From: a virus
Lineage: Duplodnaviria > Heunggongvirae > Uroviricota > Caudoviricetes
DNA length: 64,000 bases
Reading direction: 5' to 3' (one strand)
Virus record (IMG/VR): IMGVR_UViG_3300029456_000117
The number at the start of each line of letters is the position of its first letter. The stretch's first letter is position 1. Positions 35,887-46,198 of this stretch are shown here, piece by piece. The notes under the pieces were generated by a model. That model saw only the letters and a program-made list of their open reading frames with translations. It searched no databases and had not been told where the DNA came from. The position numbers and the translations under genes were made by a program.

Positions 35887-36665
35887 TTATTGTCAAAATA
35901 GCAGAATCCGAACACGGCCGCTCCTATCAGAATTACCCATACAACCCAGAAAATTACCAACCCGGCAGTTCCGTTTGAAACCATATAGTCCACCGCTTCA
36001 TCTATCGTATCTGCCTGAATGAACGGTGTTCCGTCCTCTATGGTATTATCTTTGAGATTGGCATAGATAACTCCGCTGTATTCCGTGTTGATAACATAGT
36101 ACAAATACCTCACATGGGACGATTGCTTAATCGTGTCATACAGGTAAGACCCCGGCATCTGGATTTTTCCATACGGAAACTCCACACCAAGGAATGACAC
36201 CGTTTGACTATGGTTTTCCCAACTATCGTAATAATCCCACGAATAATATACCTCCGTGGTGTAATAAGTCTGTGTTTTCCCATTTACCGTCCGTGTATGT
36301 GCCACCTGTCTCGTATGTTGATTGTAGTGTTGTTCCTCAACCTTTATGTAGGCAGCTGGCACTCCACCTATGCCCGGATCTGTAACAGGATCTACTGCCA
36401 CCAGATTTCCTTTCACAAACGCATTTCCTACATCAGTTCGCATACCGTACTGAAACAGTTCTGCATTTCCATCAATCTGCATGGCTTGATAGTATTCCTG
36501 ATTCTGTTCGTCATTGTGTGAAGCTATCTTTTCACTAATGAAAAATCCACCCATAAGCATGATAAGGATAATGACGATGCTAAACATCAGTTCACGCACC
36601 GTCATATCCCAACCGTTGCCAGAGTAGATTATCTTACTCCATTTCCTCATAGGCTTATTCTCCAA
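35871..36665 (-). CDS. membrane protein
   Basis: 264 aa with N- and C-terminal TM helices. Confidence 0.45.
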   Translation of the reverse strand: MENKPMRKWSKIIYSGNGWDMTVRELMFSIVIILIMLMGGFFISEKIASHNDEQNQEYYQAMQIDGNAELFQYGMRTDVGNAFVKGNLVAVDPVTDPGIGGVPAAYIKVEEQHYNQHTRQVAHTRTVNGKTQTYYTTEVYYSWDYYDSWENHSQTVSFLGVEFPYGKIQMPGSYLYDTIKQSSHVRYLYYVINTEYSGVIYANLKDNTIEDGTPFIQADTIDEAVDYMVSNGTAGLVIFWVVWVILIGAAVFGFCYFDNKWLEY

Positions 36666-37206
36666 ACAGATTGCTTACCGGCTGTCTGTCCTCTTCGCTG
36701 TATTCCAGATAGTCATAATTGATAACCTCATATCCCATAACTCCCAAGATCTGCTTATGTGGAAATTTACGCACATATTTCTTATACGCTCTTACCTCAT
36801 TATTGTAGGCAGTGCGGTACTGCAGGATCATATTCTCTGTGGTTGAAAGTTCATTCATCAGTTCCTTGTAATTCTCGTTGGATTTTAATTCCGGGTATGC
36901 TTCGGCAACCGCAGCTATGGAAGTTGTCACATTCTCAATATCTGTGGTGCTGCCATTGTTTCCTCTTGCTTCTACGACATTAAGAAGAGTCTCTGCCTCA
37001 TGCTTATCGTACTCCTTGACGCAATCTGCCAGATTGTAGATAAGATCCGTTCTGCGTTTCTCCTGTGCCTGAATATCAGAGTCAGCCGTAAAGACCTGTT
37101 CCTCCAACGAAACCGCTCTGTTGTTGGTACTTACAAAAATTCCTGCTATCAGTAATACAAATGCGGCTACAATGCCGACAATAATCCATGTTCCTTTATT
37201 TTTCAT
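36655..37206 (-). CDS. LemA family protein
   Basis: 183 aa with an N-terminal TM helix and conserved LemA core (EEQV...YNNEVRAYKKYVRKFP). Confidence 0.7.
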   Translation of the reverse strand: MKNKGTWIIVGIVAAFVLLIAGIFVSTNNRAVSLEEQVFTADSDIQAQEKRRTDLIYNLADCVKEYDKHEAETLLNVVEARGNNGSTTDIENVTTSIAAVAEAYPELKSNENYKELMNELSTTENMILQYRTAYNNEVRAYKKYVRKFPHKQILGVMGYEVINYDYLEYSEEDRQPVSNLFGE

Positions 37207-37414
37207 TGTTGTTGCCCTCCATCTTTATCATAAATTTGTTTTCTGCCAATACGATTCCTCCGGGAGTTTCCGTGAATATTGGCTCTGTTCCGTTGTAAAT
37301 CTGAAATTCCACATCATTCCGGCAGACGGCATCTCCGCCGTCCATCGGAATAGCTGCCAGAACTTCTTTTGTATCGGTCTTATAGACCACCACCGTTGTC
37401 ATATTGCACCTCAC
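37196..37414 (-). CDS. hypothetical protein
   Basis: 72-aa ORF. Confidence 0.3.
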   Translation of the reverse strand: MRCNMTTVVVYKTDTKEVLAAIPMDGGDAVCRNDVEFQIYNGTEPIFTETPGGIVLAENKFMIKMEGNNNEK

Positions 37415-38178
37415 ATGAAGTAATCATAACCGACACCATATTTTGCCATGATAAGACTCTTTGCCATTTCCTCTAGCTTCTGGTGTTCGGTCGCATCCAG
37501 ATACACGCCCTCATAGGTTCCACCCTGGCATCCCATCCAATCGTACTTGCAATGTAAAAGTTCATGCACAAGATCCTTTTCCATGCAGTGTTTGAACAAT
37601 GTATTGTTCTCTTTGTAAGATTCATCGCTGAGTAACTGGATGTTTGCCTGACTGGATTCAAATATGAATGTGTTATATCCGGCAGCGTCAATTACCTCTT
37701 CTCCATTAGGGTTCATAATCTTATCCTTAACGTGTGCCAGTATTAGCCACCCATCAAGGAATAATCTGTGTTGCCACTCTCTCAGGCACTCTTCTAACTG
37801 CTCTTGGTTTTTGAATATGTCTATCGGTTTTTCTTTCCCGTCTCTCTTTTCAAGAGTTCCACAAGTATTGTTCTCGAAAGCCGTACCGTCTGCAACAGAA
37901 AAGCACCATTTGTCTCCATATCTGCGTCCGCACACATAATCCCCTATCTTTACCGGTATTTCGCATCTGCACTGATTTCCTACGTTGGTAATGAGTACCA
38001 GCCCACCTTTTACGGTGCTATGGTCTATGAAAAAGTTCTCTCCGCTGGCAGTCATATAATCATCAATTTTCTTGCCGCAAGTAAGCAGATCGAACATTTC
38101 ACGCTGATTTTCCCCAGTCCACATCATGGTTTTTACTTCATCCGGGGACTTCGGTTTCAAGTTCAAATTATCCATCAT
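37411..38178 (-). CDS. hypothetical protein
   Basis: 255-aa ORF. Confidence 0.45.
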   Translation of the reverse strand: MMDNLNLKPKSPDEVKTMMWTGENQREMFDLLTCGKKIDDYMTASGENFFIDHSTVKGGLVLITNVGNQCRCEIPVKIGDYVCGRRYGDKWCFSVADGTAFENNTCGTLEKRDGKEKPIDIFKNQEQLEECLREWQHRLFLDGWLILAHVKDKIMNPNGEEVIDAAGYNTFIFESSQANIQLLSDESYKENNTLFKHCMEKDLVHELLHCKYDWMGCQGGTYEGVYLDATEHQKLEEMAKSLIMAKYGVGYDYFM

Positions 38179-38405
38179 TCGCTCTCCTTTACTTTCTTGG
38201 CAGATTTTACCTTGATTTTCTTTCTACCGAACTGCTGATATACCAGAGCAGACGCATGAACACTGTCCGTGCTACATACGGTAACAGTTCTGCGGATTGG
38301 TTTTCTCTCAATGGTTTCAAACACTACTTTGTACCACCGTTGTTTCATTGGTTCTGCCCTCCTGTATTCTTCCGTATATTCTTTCGCACTTTTCGGCGTG
38401 TTCAC
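38175..38405 (-). CDS. hypothetical protein
   Basis: 76-aa basic ORF. Confidence 0.3.
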   Translation of the reverse strand: MNTPKSAKEYTEEYRRAEPMKQRWYKVVFETIERKPIRRTVTVCSTDSVHASALVYQQFGRKKIKVKSAKKVKESE

Positions 38406-38527
38406 ATCTGATTGTGGTTAATACCTTTTGGGTCTGATCCGCTAATACAGTAATATCAACCTTATCAACGTCAGCTTCAAAATCAGGGCAGAAAGCACAA
38501 TAATCTTTCACTCTGAGTTCCATTCCA

Positions 38528-39145
38528 TTATCCATGACAGCCCACCGCCTTTAACATACTGATTTTCTCTACCAGAACATCAACCGTTGCGTTGAGCTTG
38601 CTGTTCTTAATGCAAACTTCCTGATAATCCTCATATAATTTTCCACCATTCAGCATTTCAGTCTGTTCCTTGACTGTGGCATTCAGCTCTGCATTGAAAC
38701 TTTCAAGCTGTTCAATCTGTTTCCTCAGATTATCATTCTCTTTTTCTACTTTCGCATTTCTTTCTTCCAGAGATTTCTTGTTTGCTTTCAGTTTTTCAAC
38801 CTCGCTCGTAAGTTCTCCGAGTTTCTTTATCATTTCCTGCTCAGACATGGTTCCCTTTTCCTCCGTCTCTTCTACTCCGAGAAGTACCTTAATCTGTTTC
38901 TTTGAAATGTGATATGTCATTGCAAGGGCGGCTATGGATTCCCCGGAAGAATACTTTTGCTCAATCTCTGTTTTCTTCACGGAAATATCCACACCATTCG
39001 TATTGAACATACGCTTGTAACCGCCCTCTTCCAGAATTTCTACTATTGTCTGCGTGTCGCACACATTCAAGTCCGCAAGAATGGGTATCTGTCTCTTATG
39101 GTTCTTCGCCAAGCGGTAATCCATTAAGATTTGTCCCTTATCCAT
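38528..39145 (-). CDS. DNA-binding/coiled-coil protein
   Basis: 205 aa with an N-terminal HTH-like segment and a long coiled coil. Confidence 0.4.
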   Translation of the reverse strand: MDKGQILMDYRLAKNHKRQIPILADLNVCDTQTIVEILEEGGYKRMFNTNGVDISVKKTEIEQKYSSGESIAALAMTYHISKKQIKVLLGVEETEEKGTMSEQEMIKKLGELTSEVEKLKANKKSLEERNAKVEKENDNLRKQIEQLESFNAELNATVKEQTEMLNGGKLYEDYQEVCIKNSKLNATVDVLVEKISMLKAVGCHG

Positions 39146-39746
39146 TCTTACCTCCCTGTTTTACCCCCCCCCCCACGGAGAAAAAGTCCTCATATATCGC
39201 TTTGATAACTTCCGCATCGTAGAGTGCATTGTGTTTTTGACCTTTCGGCAAATCAATTCCTCTGTCTGTAAGGAGCTGTTCTCTCGAAATGTCAAAAGCC
39301 GCCTTTTCTGAAATATCCAGAATCATTGAAATGTCCTGGCAGAGATCGTGGCAAAACGGATTGATGTACTCCGGCAGCAACATAGCTCCGTCTGCAATCA
39401 GTTCGCATAATAAAACCATATCGTAATGGCACACATCAGAGACAAACTGAATATCATCTCCGAAACCATCAAGCCAATTAAGCAATTCTGTTCTCACATC
39501 GTCCCTGTTGCCGATTACTCTTGTTGTAAGCTCATCCTCTTCCAGTTCCTTTTCCAGCTCCGTGTTGCCGCTCAGGAGCAGATGATCCAGCACATTCTTG
39601 GTAATCCAATCATCGCACTGCGTCTCATCGTAATCGGTCAGCTCCGCATAAAATCTTTCGCCCTCATCAGAAACCAGTCCGATACTTATGAGTGTTGTGT
39701 TCTGATGCAGACCGGTAAACTCTGTGTCAAAAAATATCTTTCTCAT
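39138..39746 (-). CDS. DnaQ-like 3'-5' exonuclease (DEDDh)
   Basis: ExoI motif FFDTEFTGL at the N-terminus and H-x4-D near the C-terminus. An 11-G tract lies 10 codons before the stop. Confidence 0.65.
   Translation of the reverse strand: MRKIFFDTEFTGLHQNTTLISIGLVSDEGERFYAELTDYDETQCDDWITKNVLDHLLLSGNTELEKELEEDELTTRVIGNRDDVRTELLNWLDGFGDDIQFVSDVCHYDMVLLCELIADGAMLLPEYINPFCHDLCQDISMILDISEKAAFDISREQLLTDRGIDLPKGQKHNALYDAEVIKAIYEDFFSVGGGVKQGGKNG
39164..39174 (-). repeat. poly-G (11) tract near the 3' end of the exonuclease gene
   Basis: Homopolymer on the coding strand (plus strand poly-C). Confidence 0.9.
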
Positions 39747-39988
39747 TCAGTTCCCTCCATTTCGTTTGGGATCTCCGGCACAGCTTCAAAATTCACTCTC
39801 AGATACCGTTCAAACAGTGAAGCGCAAACCATTGTGTAGCTGTATACTTCTTTGTCAAGAACCTCATCCTTGATAGAATCCGTAATCCGAGTCATCATAA
39901 TTGCTGTCGGAGTTGTTGATTTCTCATTCTCAAATGCTTTCAGCATAATGTTACCGTCATATCCCTTGGCAAATTCCCTCAGTGTCAT
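39743..39988 (-). CDS. hypothetical protein
   Basis: 81-aa ORF. Confidence 0.35.
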   Translation of the reverse strand: MTLREFAKGYDGNIMLKAFENEKSTTPTAIMMTRITDSIKDEVLDKEVYSYTMVCASLFERYLRVNFEAVPEIPNEMEGTE

Positions 39989-39991
39989 GGA

Positions 39992-40918
39992 TTATTCCTC
40001 CGATTTCTGCGCCTTTTTAGCTTTCTTTGCGGCTTTCTTTGCCTCTTTCTCAGCCTGTGCCATCTCAGGAATGAACTCACGGAAAATGTTGTTGTAATTT
40101 CCGTTGTTGCCGGCCCATTTCTTCACGATAGCCATAGCCAGACCGGCTTCCTCGGAATAGGTATCAGCCTTTTTAGGCTTACGAATGGTTACTTCCTTGC
40201 CATCAACAACCTTTTTCTTGATTTCCACATTATCCATGCAGTTTACAACCGTCTTTGTTCCGTCAGACCAGAACACGATTGTTGCCGGATTCTGGAACAG
40301 GACTTTCTCGATACCGTATGCTCCAATAGGCTTGTCCTCAACCATTGCTTCTACACAAAGTTTATCCCAACGATACGGGCTACCACATACATGATTGATC
40401 TTTCCAGCGTAAGTCGTGCCGTCCTCGCACTCGATAGTTACTTTCTTAAATTTCTTGTCTGCTAAACTTCTATCCATATTGTCCTCCTTAATACCTAACT
40501 GGTTAAAAATGTCTCCAAACAATGTTTCTCCCGGAATAGTGCATGATGCTATTACCTGATCTCTTAATAATCCGATTGTGGCATTTTGACATTTCTGTGA
40601 AAAATCCTCTGCGATACTCGCAACCGGTATATCATCAAAATCCGGCCATGGTTCTCCGAGGCAACGCGCTCTTTCGATGCTCACTCTCCGCCACTGTTCT
40701 TCCGATGATGCTGTTGCCGTTACCTGTCTTGCATTTTCCCACCATCGGTTTTCGGTAAATGCCGAGTGTTGCATCACTCTGTCAAATGTTTGTAATGGTG
40801 GTATCAGCCGTTCTTTCGGTAATCCAAAGCGTTCAAAACCCTGCATGGCAAACGCTATCGGATCGGGTAACTGTGCCGCTTCTGGCGGTCTCCACGGTTT
40901 CTTTTCTTTCTCTTCCAT
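39992..40918 (-). CDS. hypothetical protein with a lysine-rich C-terminal tail
   Basis: 308-aa ORF. Confidence 0.45.
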   Translation of the reverse strand: MEEKEKKPWRPPEAAQLPDPIAFAMQGFERFGLPKERLIPPLQTFDRVMQHSAFTENRWWENARQVTATASSEEQWRRVSIERARCLGEPWPDFDDIPVASIAEDFSQKCQNATIGLLRDQVIASCTIPGETLFGDIFNQLGIKEDNMDRSLADKKFKKVTIECEDGTTYAGKINHVCGSPYRWDKLCVEAMVEDKPIGAYGIEKVLFQNPATIVFWSDGTKTVVNCMDNVEIKKKVVDGKEVTIRKPKKADTYSEEAGLAMAIVKKWAGNNGNYNNIFREFIPEMAQAEKEAKKAAKKAKKAQKSEE

Positions 40919-40942
40919 TGGTGTCCTCCTTGTGATTTATTA

Positions 40943-41269
40943 TCAAGGGTGGTATGCCCTTAATCTCATGTTGAAATTGTTCTCGATTTTCGCCACAACG
41001 CAGTCCTTTTTCAGTATGCACTTAGCACATTTTTCGAGATTTCTGTAAGGTTCTCTGCCAAAACACGGTTGAAACAGCTTGTTTATGGCAGATTTCTTCA
41101 TTTTCACTTCAAAAGGTATTTCAAATCCATCTCTCAGACGAGCAATATCCGGCATATCATACTCTTCATCCAGTGTAGTCTCGGATATTTCCTTAATTTC
41201 CGCAAGCGGTATGGGATCTCCGAGCCGTTCATCCATGATAAAGAGCTGTGGTCTGGTCTCATTTTCCAT
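40943..41269 (-). CDS. hypothetical protein
   Basis: 108-aa ORF. Confidence 0.4.
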   Translation of the reverse strand: MENETRPQLFIMDERLGDPIPLAEIKEISETTLDEEYDMPDIARLRDGFEIPFEVKMKKSAINKLFQPCFGREPYRNLEKCAKCILKKDCVVAKIENNFNMRLRAYHP

Positions 41270-41280
41270 CCATATTCCTC

Positions 41281-41544
41281 CTATGCCTCTATCAGTGTGA
41301 ATACACGTTTATACACATCCTTATCCGGCAGACACCGCAATTTATTCAGTGTTGTGTTTCCAAGATAAACATTATATGTGCAATCCCCTATGGTTAATGT
41401 TCCTATGCTGCCAGGATCTTTCATTTCCACCTGTACGCTATTGCTTTTATTCAGCATCGCCCGTATGGTCTTGCACACTTCCTCATTTTCTTTTTCTGAT
41501 GCAAGGCAATCAAAACACGGATTTTTATTCTTTGATGATCTCAT
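41281..41544 (-). CDS. hypothetical protein
   Basis: 87-aa ORF. Confidence 0.4.
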   Translation of the reverse strand: MRSSKNKNPCFDCLASEKENEEVCKTIRAMLNKSNSVQVEMKDPGSIGTLTIGDCTYNVYLGNTTLNKLRCLPDKDVYKRVFTLIEA

Positions 41545-41712
41545 AATATTCGCCCTCGCACTCTTTCGGAGCCATAGTTCCCCATCCGTCAGCCTTTCTC
41601 ATCTCATAATGGGTTCCTCTGTCGATGGCAAAGAGTTCTTCGCCCTTATCAATATTCATTTCCATATTCTTCTCAATGTCATTTACGACAATATTCTGTA
41701 AGAAACGTGCTA

Positions 41713-42009
41713 TCATGTCTCTTTCTCCTTTATCACTTCGGCAAACGCCGGATTCTCATGCAGCTTTTCAGTAGACCATCCTATGTGATGATACAGTTTT
41801 TCCATAAATTCAAGGCACTCTGCCTTGTCATATGCCAGTAGGAAACACAGTAATTGTTCTCTGTTATACATCACTGACGGTCCGGCTCCCATTTTGATAT
41901 AATCGTAATCTGGGTAACGTACCTGAAACTCATTCTGTGTTGCTACCAGTATCTCAAATTTCACTGCTGATCCGTGCGGTTCCCTTATGCAATGTCTGAA
42001 TGGTATCAT
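41713..42009 (-). CDS. hypothetical protein
   Basis: 98-aa ORF. Confidence 0.4.
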   Translation of the reverse strand: MIPFRHCIREPHGSAVKFEILVATQNEFQVRYPDYDYIKMGAGPSVMYNREQLLCFLLAYDKAECLEFMEKLYHHIGWSTEKLHENPAFAEVIKEKET

Positions 42010-42275
42010 TCTCTATCCCTCACTCTTTTCTCCCATCTCTCATGTTTTCGTGCCATCTGTTCCTCATCAACCGTAAGTGAAAGTTCTCCGGCACACTGCA
42101 CGACATCTGTGTATTCCTCTCTGATATTGGCAATGGCTTCTTTCTCAGTAACCGGTGTCGGATTCTCTTTGCGGATAATCCTTGCCATTTTGAGAGCCGC
42201 CTTTGCCAGTTCAGTACATTCCTCGGCAAGCTGTTCCAACATTGCAGCTTCGCCAATTTCTTCAATAATTTTCAT
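42006..42275 (-). CDS. MazG-like nucleotide pyrophosphohydrolase (small)
   Basis: 89 aa with an EExxEL-type helical pattern (IEEIGEAAMLEQLAEECTELAKAA). Confidence 0.4.
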   Translation of the reverse strand: MKIIEEIGEAAMLEQLAEECTELAKAALKMARIIRKENPTPVTEKEAIANIREEYTDVVQCAGELSLTVDEEQMARKHERWEKRVRDRE

Positions 42276-42532
42276 TATCTCTCCCTCTTTGTGATAACTT
42301 TAAGTCTATCCAGTGGATATATCTCCACTTTGCCATTTTCCAGAATGACAACCGCTTTTGTGCCAAGCAGGCTCGTGATTGTATCTATCCATGTTCCTTT
42401 TTTGATTTTGCAGTGAGCACAATCTGGTATCTCATTACACATATCAGCAATATCATTACAGAATTTGCACTCTGAGTAGCTTCTTGTGATTTCTACCGGT
42501 CTATCCATTACGCACATCCTCCGATACGTCAA
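42275..42532 (-). CDS. hypothetical Cys-rich protein
   Basis: 85-aa ORF. Confidence 0.4.
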   Translation of the reverse strand: MTYRRMCVMDRPVEITRSYSECKFCNDIADMCNEIPDCAHCKIKKGTWIDTITSLLGTKAVVILENGKVEIYPLDRLKVITKRER

Positions 42533-42538
42533 AATTCT

Positions 42539-42856
42539 CTAAATGCTCATATTCGATAGTTTCTTGTCTGATTTCAATTTGATTTTCGCTATGCGTTTCT
42601 GTTCCCTATCCATCTTTTTGATGCACTTATCCAACTGCCTTGCGTATGGACTGCTATTCGGGTCTGAGCACTCCATGATAAAAGCCTCTCTGTGTGGAGA
42701 CTGATAAGGGCTTTTGTATCTGTATTTTTCGTATTCTCTTCTCTCTGCCACTATCAGAATCGCAATTTTCAATACAAACCACGCTGTATTGAGCAAAACT
42801 AACCCTACGATAACCGCGACAACCGTCTTTACCATCTCTCTACCTCCACATTTCAC
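42539..42856 (-). CDS. hypothetical membrane protein
   Basis: 105 aa with an N-terminal TM helix. Confidence 0.4.
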   Translation of the reverse strand: MKCGGREMVKTVVAVIVGLVLLNTAWFVLKIAILIVAERREYEKYRYKSPYQSPHREAFIMECSDPNSSPYARQLDKCIKKMDREQKRIAKIKLKSDKKLSNMSI

Positions 42857-43098
42857 ACTAAAAAATTCTCAATTCTTATCTCTCCGCATTTCTTACACCC
42901 GCATTTGCATACCTCGTACTTAAATCCGCCGTAATCAGGTAGCGTCCAGAGGACTTCCAACACTTCCCACTCATGCTTGCACGGAAGAAAATACGATACC
43001 AAAATCTTGTCGAACAACCTTTTATACCACGGTTCCTTGTGCCAAGACCTCTTTTTATTTTCCGGGGAATTTTTGGAATTGCTGTTTTCATTGCTCAT
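42853..43098 (-). CDS. hypothetical protein
   Basis: 81-aa ORF. Confidence 0.4.
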   Translation of the reverse strand: MSNENSNSKNSPENKKRSWHKEPWYKRLFDKILVSYFLPCKHEWEVLEVLWTLPDYGGFKYEVCKCGCKKCGEIRIENFLV

Positions 43099-43138
43099 CC
43101 GGTTTTACCTCCTGTGAGGCGTAAGCCTCCGCCGATTT

Positions 43139-43441
43139 TTAATTTTTACCACTTATCATCTCCACGAGTAACCGTGACGGCATCCTCATTATGAGGTCAT
43201 TACACATTTGATTCAGACGATGGTTTTCATCCGCAAGCGTATTTACCATGAGGTACAATCCCTCTTCTCTGGTAAGTTCTCCGCGCTCTATCATCTGCCA
43301 TACTCGGAATACCGTTGCATTGTTTCTGATATGCGTTTCAGAGATCCCTACGGTGTATGCCTCTGTCATGCAGTCCGGTTGAACTTCCGCAGTGTGTCCT
43401 CTTTCCATTTGTCCCATGCGGTCTGTTTCTTCTCTCTGCAT
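43139..43441 (-). CDS. hypothetical protein
   Basis: 100-aa ORF. Confidence 0.4.
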   Translation of the reverse strand: MQREETDRMGQMERGHTAEVQPDCMTEAYTVGISETHIRNNATVFRVWQMIERGELTREEGLYLMVNTLADENHRLNQMCNDLIMRMPSRLLVEMISGKN

Positions 43442-43840
43442 ACTTCCGCCTCTCTCTGCTTATTCTGTGTTGCTGTTTCTTTGTTTTGTTCCATATTTCT
43501 CTCTTTCTATGCCGGTAGGCATCCGCCGATTTTAGATTTTGTGGTTTTGTAAACCTTTCGCTTTCCATCTGTTATCTGGATGCCGTATCTGTACTTACAT
43601 TGTAAATTGGGTGGTTTACGGTAATAGGGTTCTTTGCCATTTTACGATTGGGGTGGTTTTGGGCTTTTTTAATTTTTCGGGAACTCAGAGGGGTGAGCTG
43701 CCCCTGATCCGCTCCGCTCTACACCCCCGCCCCAGGGCGCAAGCTGCCGGACCTGTCCCCAGATCGCCACACCAGAGCCGCCGGAAACGTGCCGGAGTTC
43801 GTAAAAGTAAAAGAAAACGAACCGCAAAACCGCATAAACT

Positions 43841-44479
43841 CTATATATTTATATCTCCGTCCGTGTCTGCCGGATCTTTTCCGCTCATTTCCACCGGTAA
43901 ACGCTGCGCGATCTCTGCCGCCGTTGGCAGTTCTGCCGCCTGTTTGCCTACGTTTAAATCTATCTTTTGCGCCGCCTGCGTGTAACCGTGGTTGTTGTTC
44001 ATATCCGTAGCAAATACGATCGGCGGGATCTTGCCAGCAAAGGCGAGTTGTTTCTTAAATGCTGCTATACTTGTTTTCAATCTTTTTATTGTGTCAGAAT
44101 ACGCACCCGGGCGGGCTGTTTCCCAATTATTAAGCGTTTCCCTAGAAATACCGGCAAAACTACAAAATCCCTCTACATCAGGCACCAAACGCACACCCTC
44201 CGCCGCTCTATCCTTAATATATAAAATGTACTTTTCCGCTACCTCTGTAAATTCTTCTACAGTTTCCAACTTCCTAGGCCGTCCGCCTTTGTTCTGTACC
44301 TCTCCGCCCTCCGGCGTTTCCTCTGTCTGTAAGAATCCAGTTAAAAAGGCATCACATAAAGCCGCCGTTGTTTCTGCGTCCGTTGGCTCATAGTCGCGTC
44401 CCTCCTTAAAACGTTTATAGCTCTGTTTCCTTACTCCGTTTTCGTCTCTCTGTGCCGTTTCTTTCTTCTCTGTTGCCAT
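43841..44479 (-). CDS. terminase-small-subunit-like DNA-binding protein (uncertain)
   Basis: 212 aa with KGGRPRK...ETVEEF resembling TerS N-terminal motifs. It lies about 9 kb from TerL, inside a GC-rich island. Confidence 0.35.
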   Translation of the reverse strand: MATEKKETAQRDENGVRKQSYKRFKEGRDYEPTDAETTAALCDAFLTGFLQTEETPEGGEVQNKGGRPRKLETVEEFTEVAEKYILYIKDRAAEGVRLVPDVEGFCSFAGISRETLNNWETARPGAYSDTIKRLKTSIAAFKKQLAFAGKIPPIVFATDMNNNHGYTQAAQKIDLNVGKQAAELPTAAEIAQRLPVEMSGKDPADTDGDINI

Positions 44480-44614
44480 CTCTGCGCCCTCCTTTCCTCT
44501 GTGCCCTCTGTGGCGGTCCTACACTGTCACACGGGCAAAATAAAAAGGACACCGGGAAAAGCTGCTTTCTGCTTCTCTCTGTGCCCTACGTTCTACTTTT
44601 TCGGCTATCCTTAT

Positions 44615-44821
44615 TTATTTTATATGTGGATCTGCTCCGCCCTCCGGCGGCTCTGTTATTTCTATCTCTATACCGCAACCAATGGCGGCGGCGTATTTCT
44701 CCATATCGTCAAGTGTGAACTTGTCGGCGTTTAGTCTCTGGTTTACGTTCTGCCGGGACACGCCCAGACGATCCGCCACCTCTTGCACCGATACCCCGCG
44801 CCGTTTCATCATAACGCGCAT
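44615..44821 (-). CDS. HTH transcriptional regulator (repressor-like)
   Basis: HTH GVSVQEVADRLGVSRQNVNQRL. The start is taken at internal MRVMMKRRG. The longer ORF 44615-44977 would overlap operator sites. Confidence 0.55.
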   Translation of the reverse strand: MRVMMKRRGVSVQEVADRLGVSRQNVNQRLNADKFTLDDMEKYAAAIGCGIEIEITEPPEGGADPHIK

Positions 44822-44939
44822 TTTTTCGCCAAAACTCAACCGCACCGGCTCCGCCCTCCTTTCTCTCTGTACCCCTTTAATATATAGGAATCTGCGCCGC
44901 CTGTCAAGTCTGCCGTTTACATGGTAAAGACTGCGCCGG

Positions 44940-45075
44940 GGTTTTTCTGCACTTTGTAAAGTGTACAATTTACACAATAAACCGCCGTTGTTTTGTTTAG
45001 TCGGCTATACACTTTTCACAAACTCAAAAAAATGTAAAGTTTTTGCTTGACTTTGTAAAGCGTGCGGTTTACAAT
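44940..45075. promoter_or_regulatory. divergent regulatory region with two copies of a roughly 24-bp palindromic operator (TTTGTAAAG-N8-TTTACAAT)
   Basis: Copy 1 is ctttgtaaagtgtacaatttacacaat. Copy 2 is ctttgtaaagcgtgcggtttacaatac. Each has inverted half-sites TGTAAA/TTTACA. Between them is ttgcttgac. Confidence 0.5.
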
Positions 45076-45766
45076 ACAGACATAAAGAACGAACCGCAAC
45101 GGACAACAACGAACCGTCGGACGTTCAGCAAAACAAACAATCAAGGCAGGCGGGGCGCACGGTGTACCCCAAAAGATCAACAGCTTTCAGACCGGACCAA
45201 GGGCAACAGCCCGGACCAAGGCAACAGAAAGCCGGCACTTATTAAGATGAGACCGAACACACGCCCACCGCCTCCGGCTTGTATCTCCTGTGAGGGCTGC
45301 CCCTGTGGTAATGAGTGCATATATCAGGCAAAAGGAAAATTGTAAACCTGTGCTAGGGTGTACCAATTCACACCGCACATATAAAAAAGATAATTAAGTT
45401 ATTGGAAGTATGAAAGCACTTTGAAACTTTCAGAACCGCACGAGATCGGGAAAGCGGTATAAAACCGGCCCGGCATCGAGTGAAAGCAGTTAGCACTCTA
45501 ACAATGATTAACGCCCCCGACGTTCCCAGGGGAAAGCGGGAACCGCTCCGGAACTATTGAGCCGGGGCGATGGCTGGAACGAGTTGCCTATATACACGCA
45601 GCATAAAAGGGAATAGGACAGGCGAACCCCTGCAAGCCGCCGTCTGCAAGTCTGACGTAAACGACTTTGAAACAAAATAAAAAAGGGCGATCCGCTACAC
45701 CTACCAAGCGACACGGACCGCCGCCACCCCTCCGGGCTTGTCTCCTATTATAACAGGCTTTCCCGG

Positions 45767-46198
45767 ATGGAACAACAGAAAAGAGAGGGAAAGACCATGA
45801 CAGCAGAAAAAATTATTGATTCTTTGAGATTCACAGCAACAGAGGCAGACGAACAAAAGGACCTTTTTACACCGTCCCACGTTCTCTATAAATGCCGCAT
45901 TGTCAACCCGGCAAATAATCGCCGCTACACTTTTGATTATCAATGCAACCCAAGCGCAACGCATGAGCCAACAAAAGAAGATTGTTTATATTGTCTCTTG
46001 TCTGATGCTTCTTGTGCTGATAGCTGCACAGATGAGGCGGACTTTTTAACAGAGTTTGGATATATTGACGGCGGAGCGGATCAGGTTCGCAAAGGCTTAA
46101 AGGCCTATAAGGCTTGCAAGCGTACCGCGGCAGCTATTGACCGTATTTTTACAGAGGACGAAAAAACCGCCCTTAATGAATATTACGAAAATTACTAA
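45767..46198 (+). CDS. hypothetical protein
   Basis: 143-aa ORF with an upstream RBS. Confidence 0.4.
   Translation: MEQQKREGKTMTAEKIIDSLRFTATEADEQKDLFTPSHVLYKCRIVNPANNRRYTFDYQCNPSATHEPTKEDCLYCLLSDASCADSCTDEADFLTEFGYIDGGADQVRKGLKAYKACKRTAAAIDRIFTEDEKTALNEYYENY

Noticed and set aside
43841-44479. Confident call as small terminase subunit
   Set aside because: TerS-like motifs are present, but the gene lies 9 kb from TerL inside the GC-rich island. The call is kept only as TerS-like DNA-binding protein at low confidence.
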